Shown here in pieces: positions 10,866-24,595 of a stretch of DNA of 64,000 nucleotides; positions within the stretch are counted from its first letter, which is position 1, and every line of letters begins with the position of its first letter. This stretch comes from Octopus sinensis. Its lineage: Eukaryota. The position numbers and the translations under genes are program-made. The stretch spans positions 46,872,001-46,936,000 of the forward strand of contig NC_042998.1 in the NCBI RefSeq assembly GCF_006345805.1. The letters run 5' to 3'. The notes under the pieces were generated by a model, which saw only the letters and a list, made by a program, of their open reading frames with translations, made no database searches and was not told where the DNA came from.

Positions 10866-13416
10866 AGCAAAGCACTAGCCATAGATAGAAATAGAGTAGA
10901 GGGTGAGCTAGTTAAGAAGCTAGAAGAGGCAATTAGAAGCGGCATCGCATCCGACGTTTTGGCGGCGAGGTTGGCCCTCGACCAACACTTCAACGCCAAA
11001 CACGAAGGATGTGCTGTCAGAGCTAGGATGCGTGCTCTAAGGAACGAAGGTGTTGGAGCCGCGAGAGAGGCCCGGGTGGCAGAGGCGCAACAGGGCAACA
11101 AAGCCACCATTCGGTCACTGGTAGATGAACAGGGGCGCGAATTGCTCGAGCCAGTAAAATGTGTGAGGCCTTTCAGCAGCATTTTGCCCGACTGTTCGGA
11201 ACGAGTGGAGGGCAAGAACGTAGGGTGGACTTCAGTGCCTACCTACATAGCCTACCACGACTCTCGACAAGAAAGGCAGGGTGCTGCGAAGGTGCCATCA
11301 CGGCGGCGGAAGTGCGGGAAGCGATGGCAGAATGCTCGAGGGACAAATCACCGGGTTTGGATGGTCTACCCTACGAGCTTTACAATTGTATGCCAGACTT
11401 GTTTGGAGATCTCTTGGCGGCGGTGTACTGCAACTGGCAGCAAAACGGGAGCATTCCTGGTTTTGTGAGCCGAGGAGCCGTAACACTGCTGAAGAAAGAT
11501 CTAAACAAGGGAAATGTAATAGATAACTTTAGGCCCATCACTCTGCTTAATGCAGACTTGAAAATTTTGGCCAAGGTGCTAGCCAAGAGGTTGGCGCTTG
11601 TCATCGAGAAACTGGTCGACAAGGCGCAAACATGCGCCGTGCCGGGCCGGACCATCCATGACAACCTCCATCTGATGCGCTACATCATAGACAGGGTAGT
11701 TAACGAACCTGGCATGGGTGGGGCCCTGATCAACTTGGATCAATCAAAAGCCTTTGATAGGGTAGACCATCGATACTTGGAGGCAGTCCTGAGAGCGGCT
11801 GGTTTCGGTCCCGTCTTCCGCGGCTGGATAGCTGCCTTGTACAGAGGCATCCGATCGGTAATTCGCGTAAATGGACATCTATCGAGACCTTTCGACATTG
11901 CACGTTCGGTCCGTCAGGGATGCCCCCTCTCGGCGCTTCTATACGTATTGACTCTTGAGCCACTACTGCGGAAGCTGGCGACTCTAAGGGGCATCCCGCG
12001 AGAATTGGGATGCGGGACGAGCGTGTCTGCATACGCGGACGACGTCACCGTCATAGTGTCTAGCCACGAGCACATCGAGCTGGTCGGCGAGACACTGAAA
12101 AACTACGAAGCGGTGACAGGAGCGAAAATCAACCGGGAAAAGTCAGTGGGCTTGCGACTAGGCACCTGGAGAAGCAAGCCCATGCCGTCCACCAGCGCCT
12201 CCGTCGTGGGACGCTGGACCGACGGCCCGGTTGAGTTGCTCGGGGTCTGGTTTGGTCCGGACCTCCAAGTGGAGAAGAACTGGAACGAGATAACGAGTAG
12301 GGTGGTCACTCTCGCCCGGCAATGGGCCGAGAGGAAACTGTCCCTAAAAGGTCGAGCGGAGGTGGCGAACACGTACATCGCGTCCGTCATCTACTACCGC
12401 CTGACCGTCGTACCTTGTCCCGACCCTACCATCACCAAACTACAACGCATCCTCTTTCGCTTCTTGTGGAAAGGATGCGTCCCGATGGTCAGGCGATCCA
12501 TTTGCTGTCAACACCCGTTAAAAGGAGGGCTGGGCATGCCGTGGTTGATGATGCGCAGACACGCGCTGAGACTGCGACATCTCTGGCTCTATGTAGACGA
12601 CGGTGAACAGGTGTGGTCGCCGTTTGTGAGGCACGCTTTCCCGCAGCTCGTCTCCATGACCGAACTGCAGTCGTGGATCAAAAAGAGGCCGAGGAAGGGC
12701 GAATGGCACCGCGAGTGTCGCGTTGCTCTCAAGCAACTCTGCCGTCCTGGGTCGACCTTAAGTGACTTCAACACAACCAAAGCATTCTATAGGGGTTTAG
12801 TGGAGGGGAGGTACGACGACGAGCTCGGGGCGAACCTGGACGTCGACGAGGAGTACCTGACCCGCCTGTTCGAGACGACTTTCGGGCCAGGGCCCATGGA
12901 CAACTTCCAGAGATCCCTGGCCTGGCAGTGCTACCGAGAAGCGCTACCCGTTCGGATAAGCTCTACAGACACGGCTCGAGAAACACGGGGCCGACCTGCC
13001 CGAGATGCGGTCAGAGCGACGAAACCGTTCTGCACGCACTCGTTCAGTGTCCAACAATTTCCGACCTGTGGGCTTATGTCGAACAACTGCTGTCACGTGT
13101 GGGACGAGTCGGTTTATCAGCTGAGTCTATCGTCAATATTGTCACGCCTCCTTCCTTCAAACGGGAAGGAAGAGCTATTTTCATCATCCTTGTGGCTATG
13201 GCGAAAGAATGTATCTGGTGGACGCGTCTGAAAGGATTGGAGACAAACACTTTCCTCTCTGGTCAATCTCTCATCAACTTCTTCAAGTACCACTTGAAAA
13301 GGAAAGTGAGAGTAGAGAGGCAAGTTTTGTCTAGCGAATGTTTTAAAAAAAGATGGGTGAATGTAGCAAGAATGGCACGTATGAATGACGAAGCCACCTT
13401 GAGCATAGTCCTATGA
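10866..13416 (+). CDS. LINE ORF2 (reverse transcriptase and CCHC zinc knuckle), split by two 1-bp frameshifts
   Basis: [49 protein letters not shown] in ORF 11159-13231; [14 protein letters not shown] in ORF 12928-13416; frameshifts near 11156-11159 and 12954-12955. Confidence 0.92.
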
Positions 13417-13820
13417 ACCCAGAAATCGAAAACAGAGAGTTGCTTATTTGCAAAAAAAAAAAAAAAAAAAAGAAATATAAAATGTGACTTCATTGACCGA
13501 GGTTACCGTGGTCTTTTCCGTAGGCTTTTCTTTCCACGGGTAAACCTCACCTGTCCTCCCCTTTACACTTCATATTGACATTTCTGTGATAACGATCCCT
13601 ATTGATCAATTTTTTTCCTCTCCCCCCTTTTTTTTTTTTTTTTTTTTTTTTTTAACCCCCCCTTTTTTTTGTCCTCTTTCTCTCCTTTTACGATCCCTTT
13701 TGATCGAAACTCCCCTTTCCTTTTTTTTTTTTTTTTTTTTTTTTAAACCTTCAAAAGAAAAGCTCTACCTTGTAATTTGTTCTATCTGTGTGCAGCCCTG
13801 TGTGGCTAATAAAGAAACAT
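10866..13820 (+). mobile_element. 5'-truncated Tx1/L1-clade LINE (no ORF1 or APE domain)
   Basis: GC-rich island with ORF2, a 3' UTR with poly-T runs, AATAAA at 13808-13813, then (ATCT)6. Confidence 0.93.
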
Positions 13821-13864
13821 ATCTATCTATCTATCTATCTATCTATATATGAGTAGTAGAAAAG

Positions 13865-13949
<85 letters not shown>

Positions 13950-14103
13950 GTTTCTTTTTCTTTTCTTTTTAGTAGCGGGGTCTAGAAAATGAAAGACCGG
14001 TCAAGTACTAAGGCTGATTTAATCAATGAAATCTTTCAACTGTATCCGTGTAATAAATCCTTAACCTCGATTATTTTACCCAAGTCTAATGTACACAAGT
14101 AAT

Positions 14104-14495
14104 TATAATGCATATATATATACACGAGCAAAACGCCCCCCGCCCGTCCAATGGATAGTGCTGAGTTGTCAAACATTTAAACCAAATTTTCTCAGAACAA
14201 CTTGTCTGACCATCCCATAGGCCTCCCCTTTGAGAAACACTGATTTAACCTAAATTTGAGACACCAGCAAAAGAAGAAATAAAGATAGACTTTTTTTCTA
14301 TTCCAAAGAAAAACGATTTCCCACGGCTACATCGATCGCATTTTCCCCTGGAATCGATTTTTGTAATCGTTTCAAGACTTATACACGCCCTGATACCGTC
14401 GGTATCTACATATCAAATTTGAGCGCAATCGGATGGAGGATGCCCGCGATCATAGAAGCCACACGCACAGACAGACAGAACGGATTTTATATAAG
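14104..14495 (+). mobile_element. Non-autonomous Helitron/Helentron-like (HINE-like) repeat
   Basis: AAATTTGAGCGCAATCGGATG core followed by (GACA)n and TTTTATAT; homologous inverted copy at 37440-38190; class assignment is inference. Confidence 0.45.
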
Positions 14496-15399
14496 AGTGT
14501 GTGTGTGTGTGTATTTGCACCCGTATACTTATACATACATATATTTGTATGTATTATATACATTTATATGTCTGTCTGTCTTTCTATCTATCTTATTATC
14601 TTTCCCTCTTTCTCTTTAAACACACGTATGTGTGGAGTGAGAGTGTGTTCGCATATGTGTATGTGTGTATATATATATTTGCATAGGTATAATTACACAT
14701 ACATATATTTGTATATATATTATATACATTTATATGTCTGTCTTTCATTCTATCTATCTTATTATCTATCTCCTCTCTCTTCCTCTCCCTCTACACACCC
14801 CCGTGTGTGTGGAGAGAGAGTGTGTTCGAGTATGTGTGTGTGTGTGTGTGTATTTATTACCTTAATTAGAATCGATTATATCAAGTCTAAATTCCATTAT
14901 CTCTAACAATGTGTCTATTGACTTTCTGTTTACCTGTATATATTTATATGTATGTATGTACGTATGTATGTATGTATGTATGTATGTATGTATGTATGTA
15001 TGTATGTATGTATGTATGTATGTATGTATGTATGTATGTATGTCAAAATAAGCAACAAGGATATCCAGAGGTAATGCAGTACGATCGTTTCATGCGTCTC
15101 CATTTAATTGAACAATGCAAACATTACATCAATTTATCCTTGTTTCTTATTTTGATTATAATCACCTTATTTTAAATTATATACCATACTAAATTCTAGT
15201 GCCTTCAACTTAAGTACCATATTCATCGGAATCTAAATTTTACTGAATTTATCTACCATACTTATGTATGTATGTATGTATGTATGTATGTATGTATGTA
15301 TGTATGTATGTATGTATTTTGCAGATTTGTATGTTTTATGTATGTATACTCAGACATACAGTTGCATATGTAGAAATGCTCATATATTTTTAAATGATA

Positions 15400-16100
15400 A
15401 ACTTCTGGAAAGTTTTACAGATTTTTTAGAGTTCTACTGATGGATTGGATCTGTAATCTTCGAATTAGCTTTCCTCTTTTTTTAAGAAGCCTAATTTCTC
15501 AAGATTGGTATTTAGACAGTGTGTTACATATCCCAGGGCCCCAATAATTACAGCTATAAACCTGAACTTGTTATCTGGATAGAATAAATGCAGATTTCTC
15601 AATAGTTCAGCATAGGTGTTCTCTTTTTTACTGATCTTCAACTTTATGTTAACATCCGCTGGGCAGCTAATTTCCACAACTCTACAGTCTCTCTTCTCAA
15701 TCCCAAATCATTATATCATATCTGTTGTGCTTACATTTTATTGAGGGCTTCACTGGTACATTCCACCAGTATTCCTTTTTATTATGAGTGGCTATTGCTT
15801 CTATCATAACGTGGGTCCATATTTCTTTGTCCTCGGGATTATCCTTCCGACGGATTTCATTATAAAGTTTCCTAGGTACATCATGTCTCATCGGTAGATA
15901 ATACCGTGATGACATTTTCGGACAACTACTGATATCTTCAGTGTGACCTCTACAAAATCTGCATCGGTTGTCACACTTTACTGCTTTTCCTGCATCTCTA
16001 TCCCTTCATCAGGTACTTTGTTGATATTTCCTGTTCCTGGATTGCAAACGTATACCCTTCAAAGTTGGAGGTAGTAATCCGGCTATTGGCCCATGATAAA
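15400..16100 (-). mobile_element. R4/Dong-type retrotransposon 3' fragment (zinc knuckle and RLE)
   Basis: CRFCRGHTEDISSCPKMSSRYYLPMRHD..YWWNVP..KHNRYDIMIWD..VEISCPADVNI..KENTY..AVIIGALGYV. Confidence 0.85.
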
Positions 16101-16212
16101 CTGCTTTGATGATCGATGTTACTATCATCACGGAGCTTGCTAGTAACATATCCACGCATAGTTTTCTGTATGTATGTATGTATGTATGTATGTATGTATG
16201 TATGTATCTATG

Positions 16213-16291
<79 letters not shown>

Positions 16292-16959
16292 GCATACATA
16301 CATATACATATGAGTGGTGTGTGCGATTATTACCTAAATTAAAATAAATTATATCTAACCTAGATTCCCTTTATCTGTAACATTGTGTCAATCAACCTTT
16401 CTCTTTACGCGTAATTTTTATTATCACGTTCTATTGTATTTACTTGAGACAGGATGAAATCTTATGAGTGTGGGCAGAACTCAATTCTGTCAGTCTTCAG
16501 TTCGTTTGATATTCACCTATCTCTTTGATCTAATCTTTATGAAAATGCGGCATGGTGAAACTGTATAATTATATCAAGCTCACATTGAATTTTCCTTCAA
16601 TATGTATATATTTAACATTAATTTACCTATTGTTTTCAAGAGCATGGTGTCACTAAAGGATTTGTTTCTTAAATCAGAATAATTTTACCTGCGCCAGCAA
16701 ATGTACAGCCTTGTAAATGACATATTTCATTCACTCACCTTTATATGGACATTCAGAAAGGGCAGTGAAGTATATTTCGCTGAAGAGACCAAAGTAACAC
16801 TAAAATAAGTTCTGATTTATCTCTCATGATTGCATGATAAATGAAAATGATATATTTCCATATTCTCCAGCACACAAGTCAAATTTTTAAGACCAAAATT
16901 TTCAGGTAAAGTAAGTGGGTCGAGTCATGCACCAAAACCACTGTGTAGAGTGTGATCGT

Positions 16960-17241
16960 CGCATCGACCATGACAAAGAAAATTGAGTAGAGAATCTGCT
17001 CAGAGGCCTACGCAAAGTTTTCAAAAAATTTCATCGTTCACGACACAATCAAAATCTTGTGCAACTGAAACTTGAATGTCTTCTTGGGCAGCTGAAAGCA
17101 GTTTTGGCACAAAGTTGGCAGACACGTGTTTCAGTGCTTCATCGGAATCTCAAGGTCAATTTTTGCCAAGCGGCTTCACTCTGCGTGCTTTTGCAGCGTT
17201 ACTATGGCGACACTCCGGATACTTATTGATTAGAACTCGTA
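16960..17241 (-). mobile_element. Mariner relic: one TIR and a transposase fragment
   Basis: End TACGAGTTCTAATCAATAAGTATCCGGA at a TA; KHVSANFVPKLLSAAQ..DEIFLKT (WVPRxL-type motif). Confidence 0.7.
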
Positions 17242-17243
17242 TG

Positions 17244-17338
<95 letters not shown>

Positions 17339-17641
17339 ACTTATTTGGAATGGATGCGTGGCGTTCGAACATATAATAATATAAATAATATATAAATATA
17401 TGCATTTATACATACATATATGTACATACCTACATATATATGTATATATACTTCCATATATGGGTACAGGACATAAAAAAACGTAGACAAAATGAGAAAC
17501 GAGAACACAAAAAACAAAAACATAGAAAAGGAACTTTTTTCGAACGACGAAAAATAACAGAGAAAGGAGACATACAACATAAAGAACATTCCCTTCATCA
17601 GGTTGTCCTCTGTTTTATGTACTCTGCGTTTCGAAGGTACG

Positions 17642-17687
<46 letters not shown>

Positions 17688-18487
17688 TATAAATAATTCT
17701 TATACAAGAATGTTGTTAACAGTGATAATGTTAACACCCACCCACCGAAATACATACACCCCCATATATATATAATACGCGTAATGTTTCCAAATTGTTT
17801 CATACAAAACGTGCTTGACTTTAAATGTTTAAAAGTTGTTAACCTGTATAATAAGTGGGCTGATGTTTGACAGCAGACTTTCTGCGTTCATATTACGATT
17901 AACCCAAATCTTTCTTTAATATCGTTCAGATAATAGTAATCCTTGTCGTTTGCAGGATAATTTAGGTAACGTTAGAACCTTCAATGAATACGCTTGTTTT
18001 TCTATTTAATGTTGACACTTATTTTCATTTAAATTTTCATCTGATTCAATAATAAGAAAAATGAAAGACAAGAATTCTTTAAATAGCAGACACTATTCTT
18101 AAAGTACACTCATTTTCTCCTCTTCTTTGTGTTTGTTTGTCTGCTAATTTAATAAATATGTAATACAAGATGTATATTTAGTAACTTTAGCTATTACCTT
18201 CCAGCTGCACCTTGAAACAAAATTGTTTTGCCTAGTTAAGAACTCATGTGGAAAGTGGACATACTATTTACACTCAGACATATATTTATTCGTGTCGTAT
18301 ACATACATACATACATACAAACATACCCCCAACCATATATGTATGTGTGTATGCGACTTGAAATTTTCGCGGGCCCGAGAAACGTAAAGTCGCATGGAGT
18401 CGAATCAAACTGTTTTAAATAACACACGTAAATCCTAATGAATGTGTAGCGTGCCCTTTTCTTTCGCTTGTCCACTCACTCCTGTAG

Positions 18488-18561
<74 letters not shown>

Positions 18562-18583
18562 GTCTGTCTGTCTGTCTGTCTGA

Positions 18584-18634
<51 letters not shown>

Positions 18635-18673
18635 TCTATCTCATATCTATCCATCTATCTGTCTATCTGTCTG

Positions 18674-18710
<37 letters not shown>

Positions 18711-18742
18711 ATCGTTAATTCAAAAAGACGGATATATGTCTA

Positions 18743-18851
<109 letters not shown>

Positions 18852-19514
18852 TATATATATATATATATTATATATATATAACAAAAGAGAACGCAGTTTA
18901 AATAACGGACACAGTCAAGACTATTGAAATTGTTGCAAGACGCAACGAACATTTTAGAAAATAAAAACAAGAAATAAGTGGAAATTTTACCGGTGAGTGT
19001 GTTAAATAATAAGGCACTAAACGAGAATGACTCTCCCCAGACACAACAGAATATGCTTCAACACACGGACTCATATAAAGAATCTTGTAAACCAAATCCA
19101 AATATATATAGCTTAGGATGCTTCAGACAGTTGCCGGAGTTAAGAACAAGCTTAAGATGATCCATGAAATTCTTTCTGGGTCTCCCGACCGGGTGAATAC
19201 CAATTGATATCTCTCCGAAGAAGACCATTTTCGGGATACGTTTATCAGGCGTTGTATGATTGCTTCAACGCTGGAGGTTCCTGCTTGCAGGAAAATTTGT
19301 GTGTGGCTGACCTTATCTTTCCAAGCATACTGTAGGCGTGTGTTTGTATTAGTACTAATTAATGCTAATGCCCTCATTTTAATTGTTATCACCACACCGT
19401 TTCGGCCATTGTACCCTCCGGCCTTATTCGGGTGCCCCTCTCTCTCATTTTCTCTCACACACACTCACTTAATTATGTATATACATATATGTACATAAAT
19501 ATAATATATGTATG

Positions 19515-19571
<57 letters not shown>

Positions 19572-19577
<6 letters not shown>

Positions 19578-19725
19578 CCAAAAACTGCCCACCGAACGGG
19601 AACGTGAAACTCCGAGTAACAGCTTTTGTTGAATTTCTGCTGCTTTTAAATAAAGCATATTACTCTACCTCTGGCATTTGAGTACTCTTTTTTCCACCTT
19701 GTTTCACATTTATGTGTTTACTCCG
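19572..19725 (+). mobile_element. (TA)n-flanked pseudo-LTR-like fragment with a decayed hammerhead motif (19582-19628)
   Basis: ACG-GGAA-CGT stem II, GAAA, CTC-C-GAG stem III, GUA; CUGANGA box degenerate (CCACCGA). Confidence 0.4.
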
Positions 19726-19761
19726 GTATATATATATTATATATATATATATATATAATAT

Positions 19762-20146
19762 AGGCGCAGGAGTGGCTGTGTGGTAAGTAGCTTGCTTACA
19801 AACCACATGGTTCTGGGTTCAGTCCCACTGCGTGGCATCTTGGGCAAGTGTCTTCTGCTATAGTCCCGAGCCGACCAATGCCTTGTGAGTGGATGGTAGA
19901 CGGAAACTGAAAGAAGCCTGTCGTATATATGTATATATATATGTGTGTGTATGTTTGTGTGTCTTTGCTTGACAACCGATGCTGATGTGTTTACGTCCCC
20001 GTCACTTAGCGGTTCGGCAAAAGAGACCGATAGAATAAGTACTGGGCTTACAAAGAATAAGTCCCGGGGTCGATTTGCTCGACTAAAGGCGGTGCTCCAG
20101 CATGGCCGCAGTCAAATGACTGAAACAAGTAAAAAAGTAAAAGAGT
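19762..20146 (+). mobile_element. tRNA-derived SINE, family B (internal TA/TG microsatellite)
   Basis: AGGCGCAGGAGTGGCTGTGTGGTAAG head, GGGTTCAGTCCC B box, TTGGGCAAGTG CORE-like block, tail GGCGGTGCTCCAGCATGGCCGCAGTC. Confidence 0.9.
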
Positions 20147-20970
20147 ATATGTGTGTGTGTGTGTGTTATTATATGCATTTATATATGTATACGTGTATAT
20201 ATATACACACGCATGGCATATTTATATAAGCAATATGTATGCGTATCTGGGGAGAGAAGGAAGGAGAGGGAGAAAGAGAGAGAATGTAGAGTAGAGAGAT
20301 GGATGGATTTAGTTGTTATTATTTCCATTTCAAGACAGAAGTACTTTCAGTTAGTTTGTGAATGCTCTCTCAGAAAATATAAATGAGACAACCTCATTCT
20401 CTCTTGGTGATGAATTTCAGGCTTCATGACCTTATAAAAAAATGAAAATAAATACAAACATAGCCAAACAAACATAAGCAAATACAGGTATATGCGCCTA
20501 TATACAGAACTCTGACGATATAATAGAGCGCTATTTATAATCAATCATTGATATCATCTCAAGCGTGGAGTGAACAAAAGCTTTTCTAATTACCAGTCGC
20601 TGAACTGGCTGTGGGCGATTTCAGTATGGGTATGTTAAATGTTTCAGGGGTTTGTGAAATGTGGAATATATAAAGCAATCATGATACTTAAAAAAAAAAT
20701 TACGTGATGATAGAGTTATTGGTTGAGCTTAACCTATTTATCGTATGGTGAGACGCTCAGTATATTAACTTGTGTCAGTGAAGTGTATGGCTTACATAAG
20801 TCGTGGCAGTAATGCCTTTTCCAAAGATATTAAAACACCAGCTGCAGCAGCAGCAGCAGCACCACCACCACCACCACCACCACCACCACCACCACCTCAT
20901 TTGGAATTTTGGAGCACACACAGACACTCAACATAGATAATATTAATAATCACTTCTACTATACTATTTA

Positions 20971-21366
20971 CTCTTTTACTGCTTTACGTGTTTCAGTCAT
21001 TGACTGTGGCCATGCTGGAGCACCGCCTTCAATCGAGCAAATCGATCCCAGGCCTAGTACTTATTCTATCGGTCTGTTTTGCCGAACCGCTAAGTTACGG
21101 GGACGTAAACACAAAAGCATCGGCTGTCAAGCGATGTTTGGGGGACAAACACAGACACAGAAACATATACTCACACACATACATATATATATATATACAT
21201 GTATACGACGGGCTTCTTTCAGTTTCCGTCTCGCAAATCCACTCACAAGGCTTTGGTCGACCCGAGGCTATAGTAGAAGACATTTTCCCAAGGTATCATG
21301 CATTAGGACTGAACCCGGAACCATGTGGTTTTTAAGCAAGCTACTAACCACACAGCCCCTCCTACG
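20971..21366 (-). mobile_element. SINE family B
   Basis: Reverse complement of the 19762-20146 family. Confidence 0.88.
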
Positions 21367-21861
21367 CAATTGTCACACTGCCTGAAATTATTTACAGGAG
21401 GAGGCTAGTCGATTACATCGACGTCAATGCTTATCTGGTACTTATTTCATCGACTTCGAGGATGAAAGGAAAGTCGATCTCAGCGGAATTCGAACTCAGA
21501 CGTAATCACAGACGAAATGCCACTACGAATTGTGTACTGCGTGCTCACATTTATATCAGCTTGCTGCTTTAGAAGGTAATAATAATGTCAATGATGATGA
21601 TCATGTCTTGCATTAAATTAGATTACAGTTTTAGGATTAGGAAATTTTCCATTCAATCAATTTTGTATTTCACGTTCGACTTTATTTCAATGAAATTCAA
21701 CATCGATCAATCTCGTACTCTGAAAACCTAAAGTTATTCTTCTAATATACCACATGGCATCTTTAATTGTTTTCAGTTTAGTACAAATAAAACTTTCTTA
21801 GGTAGACGCATAAAGTCATGAATTTTGAGAAACAATGTTGTCAGTTATAGAAAGAGTGGAG

Positions 21862-22190
21862 ATACCCTTCGGTCATGAACAACCATGAGATTGCATCTAG
21901 AAAGTTCTGCTCCGAAGGAAAGTCCGGGAAAGGTTGTTTATGGAAGACCAGCAGTCACCTATGCACACCAGTCTTACCTCTCCTCCTCACCGATGTTATC
22001 CAAGAGAAAGGCAAAGGCCGATACAGCTTGGCACCAGTGACGTCGCAACTTATTTCTACAGAAGAGTGAACTGGATCTACTTGAAATAAAGTGCCTTGCA
22101 CAAGAACACAACACACAGCCTGGTCCGGGAATCGAACTCACTACCTCTTGATTGTGATCCTGATGCTCTAAACACTGGGCCATGCGCCTT
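21862..22190 (-). mobile_element. tRNA-derived SINE, family C
   Basis: GAAGGCGCATGGCCCAGTGTTTAG head, GAGTTCGATTCCC B box; 3' half homologous to 54330-54590. Confidence 0.8.
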
Positions 22191-23617
22191 CAACGAACGG
22201 CAAGCAGAGTAACATTGGTGACTCAGGAGACCTGATCAAAAAGAGACGTAATAACTAGCTGCAAGTTATTTCGTTATCAGATTGATCCCGCTCTTCTGGC
22301 AACATTTTCTACTTTTGGTACAAAACAAGCAAATTTCTGAGAAGTAGATAAGTTGATTACATCTGCTCCTTTACTTAATTGGTATCTTATTTTATCAAAC
22401 CTTAAAAGAATACAAGGTAAAGTCGTCCTCATCGGGATTTGAAACCAGAACGTAAGCATTTTATCTGTTGCGCAAACGATTTTAGCAGATCAATGCCTTA
22501 AAACGGTTCCAGAATACAACAATAGGCCAGCAGTTTTGAGGAAACGGTTAAGTCAATTGTAGCGATCTCCACGCACACCGGGTATATATGAGGTCCGAAA
22601 TGATTGGAGGTCAAATCGATCAGAGTGTAAAGACCCGAAAAAAATGCCGCTAAGTATTTTGTCCGACTTGCTAACGGGTGTTCCAGCTGACTGAGTTCGC
22701 GTTTGTGATGAAAATAAATAATAATTGCTTCTAACATAATATACAATGACTCAAATTTGTGAGAAGGTGAGAAGTTGATTGTATCGATGTCTGTATGATT
22801 TGTACTTTATGTTATCGTTCCTGGAGAGAGAAAAGTAAAGATGACCATCGAGGGATTTGAACACAGAGCACACAGAAGTGGAATAGATATCGTACGCGAA
22901 ATGGTGATAGTGACCTCGGAGTTTCACAATCGACTAGCTTTCTCGGACCGTGAAATCTGATCTACACCAAAATTTTGAAGTACTGTGAAAATTAATGTTC
23001 TAGATTTCAATTTAGAAGCAATACACATACACACATACACACTCTCATACAAGCATGTATATATATATGTATATATATATACGAACACACACACACATAC
23101 ACAAACAAACAAACAACGATTCAATCCGGTTGCCAAAATGTTGCTGTCATTAACTAGGTTTACTTCCTGGATGTCACTGAATGAATATTACTTTCAACAT
23201 GTAGAGCTGAATGTGATTGCTGATTGAGATACCAGAAAGCCTCTGTAAATGTGTGTTTGTGCACGTGTGTGTGTGTGTGTGTGTGTACGTGACTAGCATC
23301 TTGTAAATAATGTTGAAAACTGTTAAAAATTCATGTAAGTCATGTATCTAAATTATCATGTTGACGCCACTTGTACAAGTCACTGTCATGTGTGTTGCAT
23401 TAGTACAATAGTTTGAAAATGGTAAACCATAGGAAGCTCTCTTCGCAACCATATGGGCTTAGGTTCGATCCGACTAAGCGGCACCTTGAACAAATGTCAC
23501 CTCCGGTAACTTAGGAGCCAACTAAAACCTTCGTGAACGAAATTTGGTCGATGGAAAATGGTTGAAAGCAGTCAAACTGAGCGTTCCTGTTCCTGAGAAG
23601 TAGAAATAATCTTTTAC

Positions 23618-23684
23618 CGTAACATCACCACTTGGTCCCTGGTTGCTTTTTGGCGGTTGACATCATCAGCGAAGAAAAGGTTAC
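23618..23684 (-). CDS. Candidate 67-bp internal exon, (G)NLFFADDVNRQKATRDQVVMLR
   Basis: Polypyrimidine tract plus CATCAG acceptor, GTAAAA donor, stop-free non-repetitive frame; no partner exons identified. Confidence 0.3.
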
Positions 23685-24288
23685 CTGATGAAATTGGGTA
23701 AATGGAAAATGTATAGATCCACTGCAGAGGAGAGTGCTTTATATGAGTAATTAAAAATCAAACTCTGTCTCATGTAGATTTTGCCTGACAGTTATGTTTA
23801 TAGCATCCCATATGTTTGCACAATGCTCTTCCATTCACACGTTAATTCAGGAGCAGGTAACTCAGTAGATCAAACAATTGATTCAACATTGTTCAGTCAC
23901 GGACATCGTGGACGCTTCCATCAAATGTTCGTGCTGTACATAAACTCACCCTTATCAACTCGGCTGTACATTTGCTGTACAAGGGCACGGTGTTCCACGC
24001 GTCAGATGCCGAAGGGATCATAGAGCAACGAGAAATGTATTGTTTAGCTCAAGATCTCAATGCACCGCTTTGTCAGGGAAACGAACCACGATTTTGCGAT
24101 CGTGTGTGCAACTCCTTAAACTTCAGGCCCTCAAAACCACACACGCACACACAACAAATGATAGAGATAGAAAATGGAATATACGAGAAACTTTGCTGCT
24201 CATCGATCGTATCGACATAACCCACACTTAAATATTTACTTGTATGTATATATCTATATCTATATTTATATGTATATCTATCTGTCTG

Positions 24289-24368
<80 letters not shown>

Positions 24369-24371
24369 ATC

Positions 24372-24482
<111 letters not shown>

Positions 24483-24511
24483 TCACACCCACGTACACAC
24501 ATATACACAGA

Positions 24512-24595
<84 letters not shown>

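Noticed and set aside
17590-17640. Type II hammerhead on the minus strand (GAAA before CTGATGA)
   Set aside because: Stem II would need core bases, and there is no valid stem III or UH site; probably a permuted pLTR remnant
19395-19435. Minus-strand GGCC/GGCC-GAAA hammerhead skeleton
   Set aside because: Core (CCGAAUA) and cleavage triplet are both eroded; too weak to call
23685-23720. CTGATGA..GAAA motifs here and at ~35489 and ~45942
   Set aside because: No supporting stems I-III
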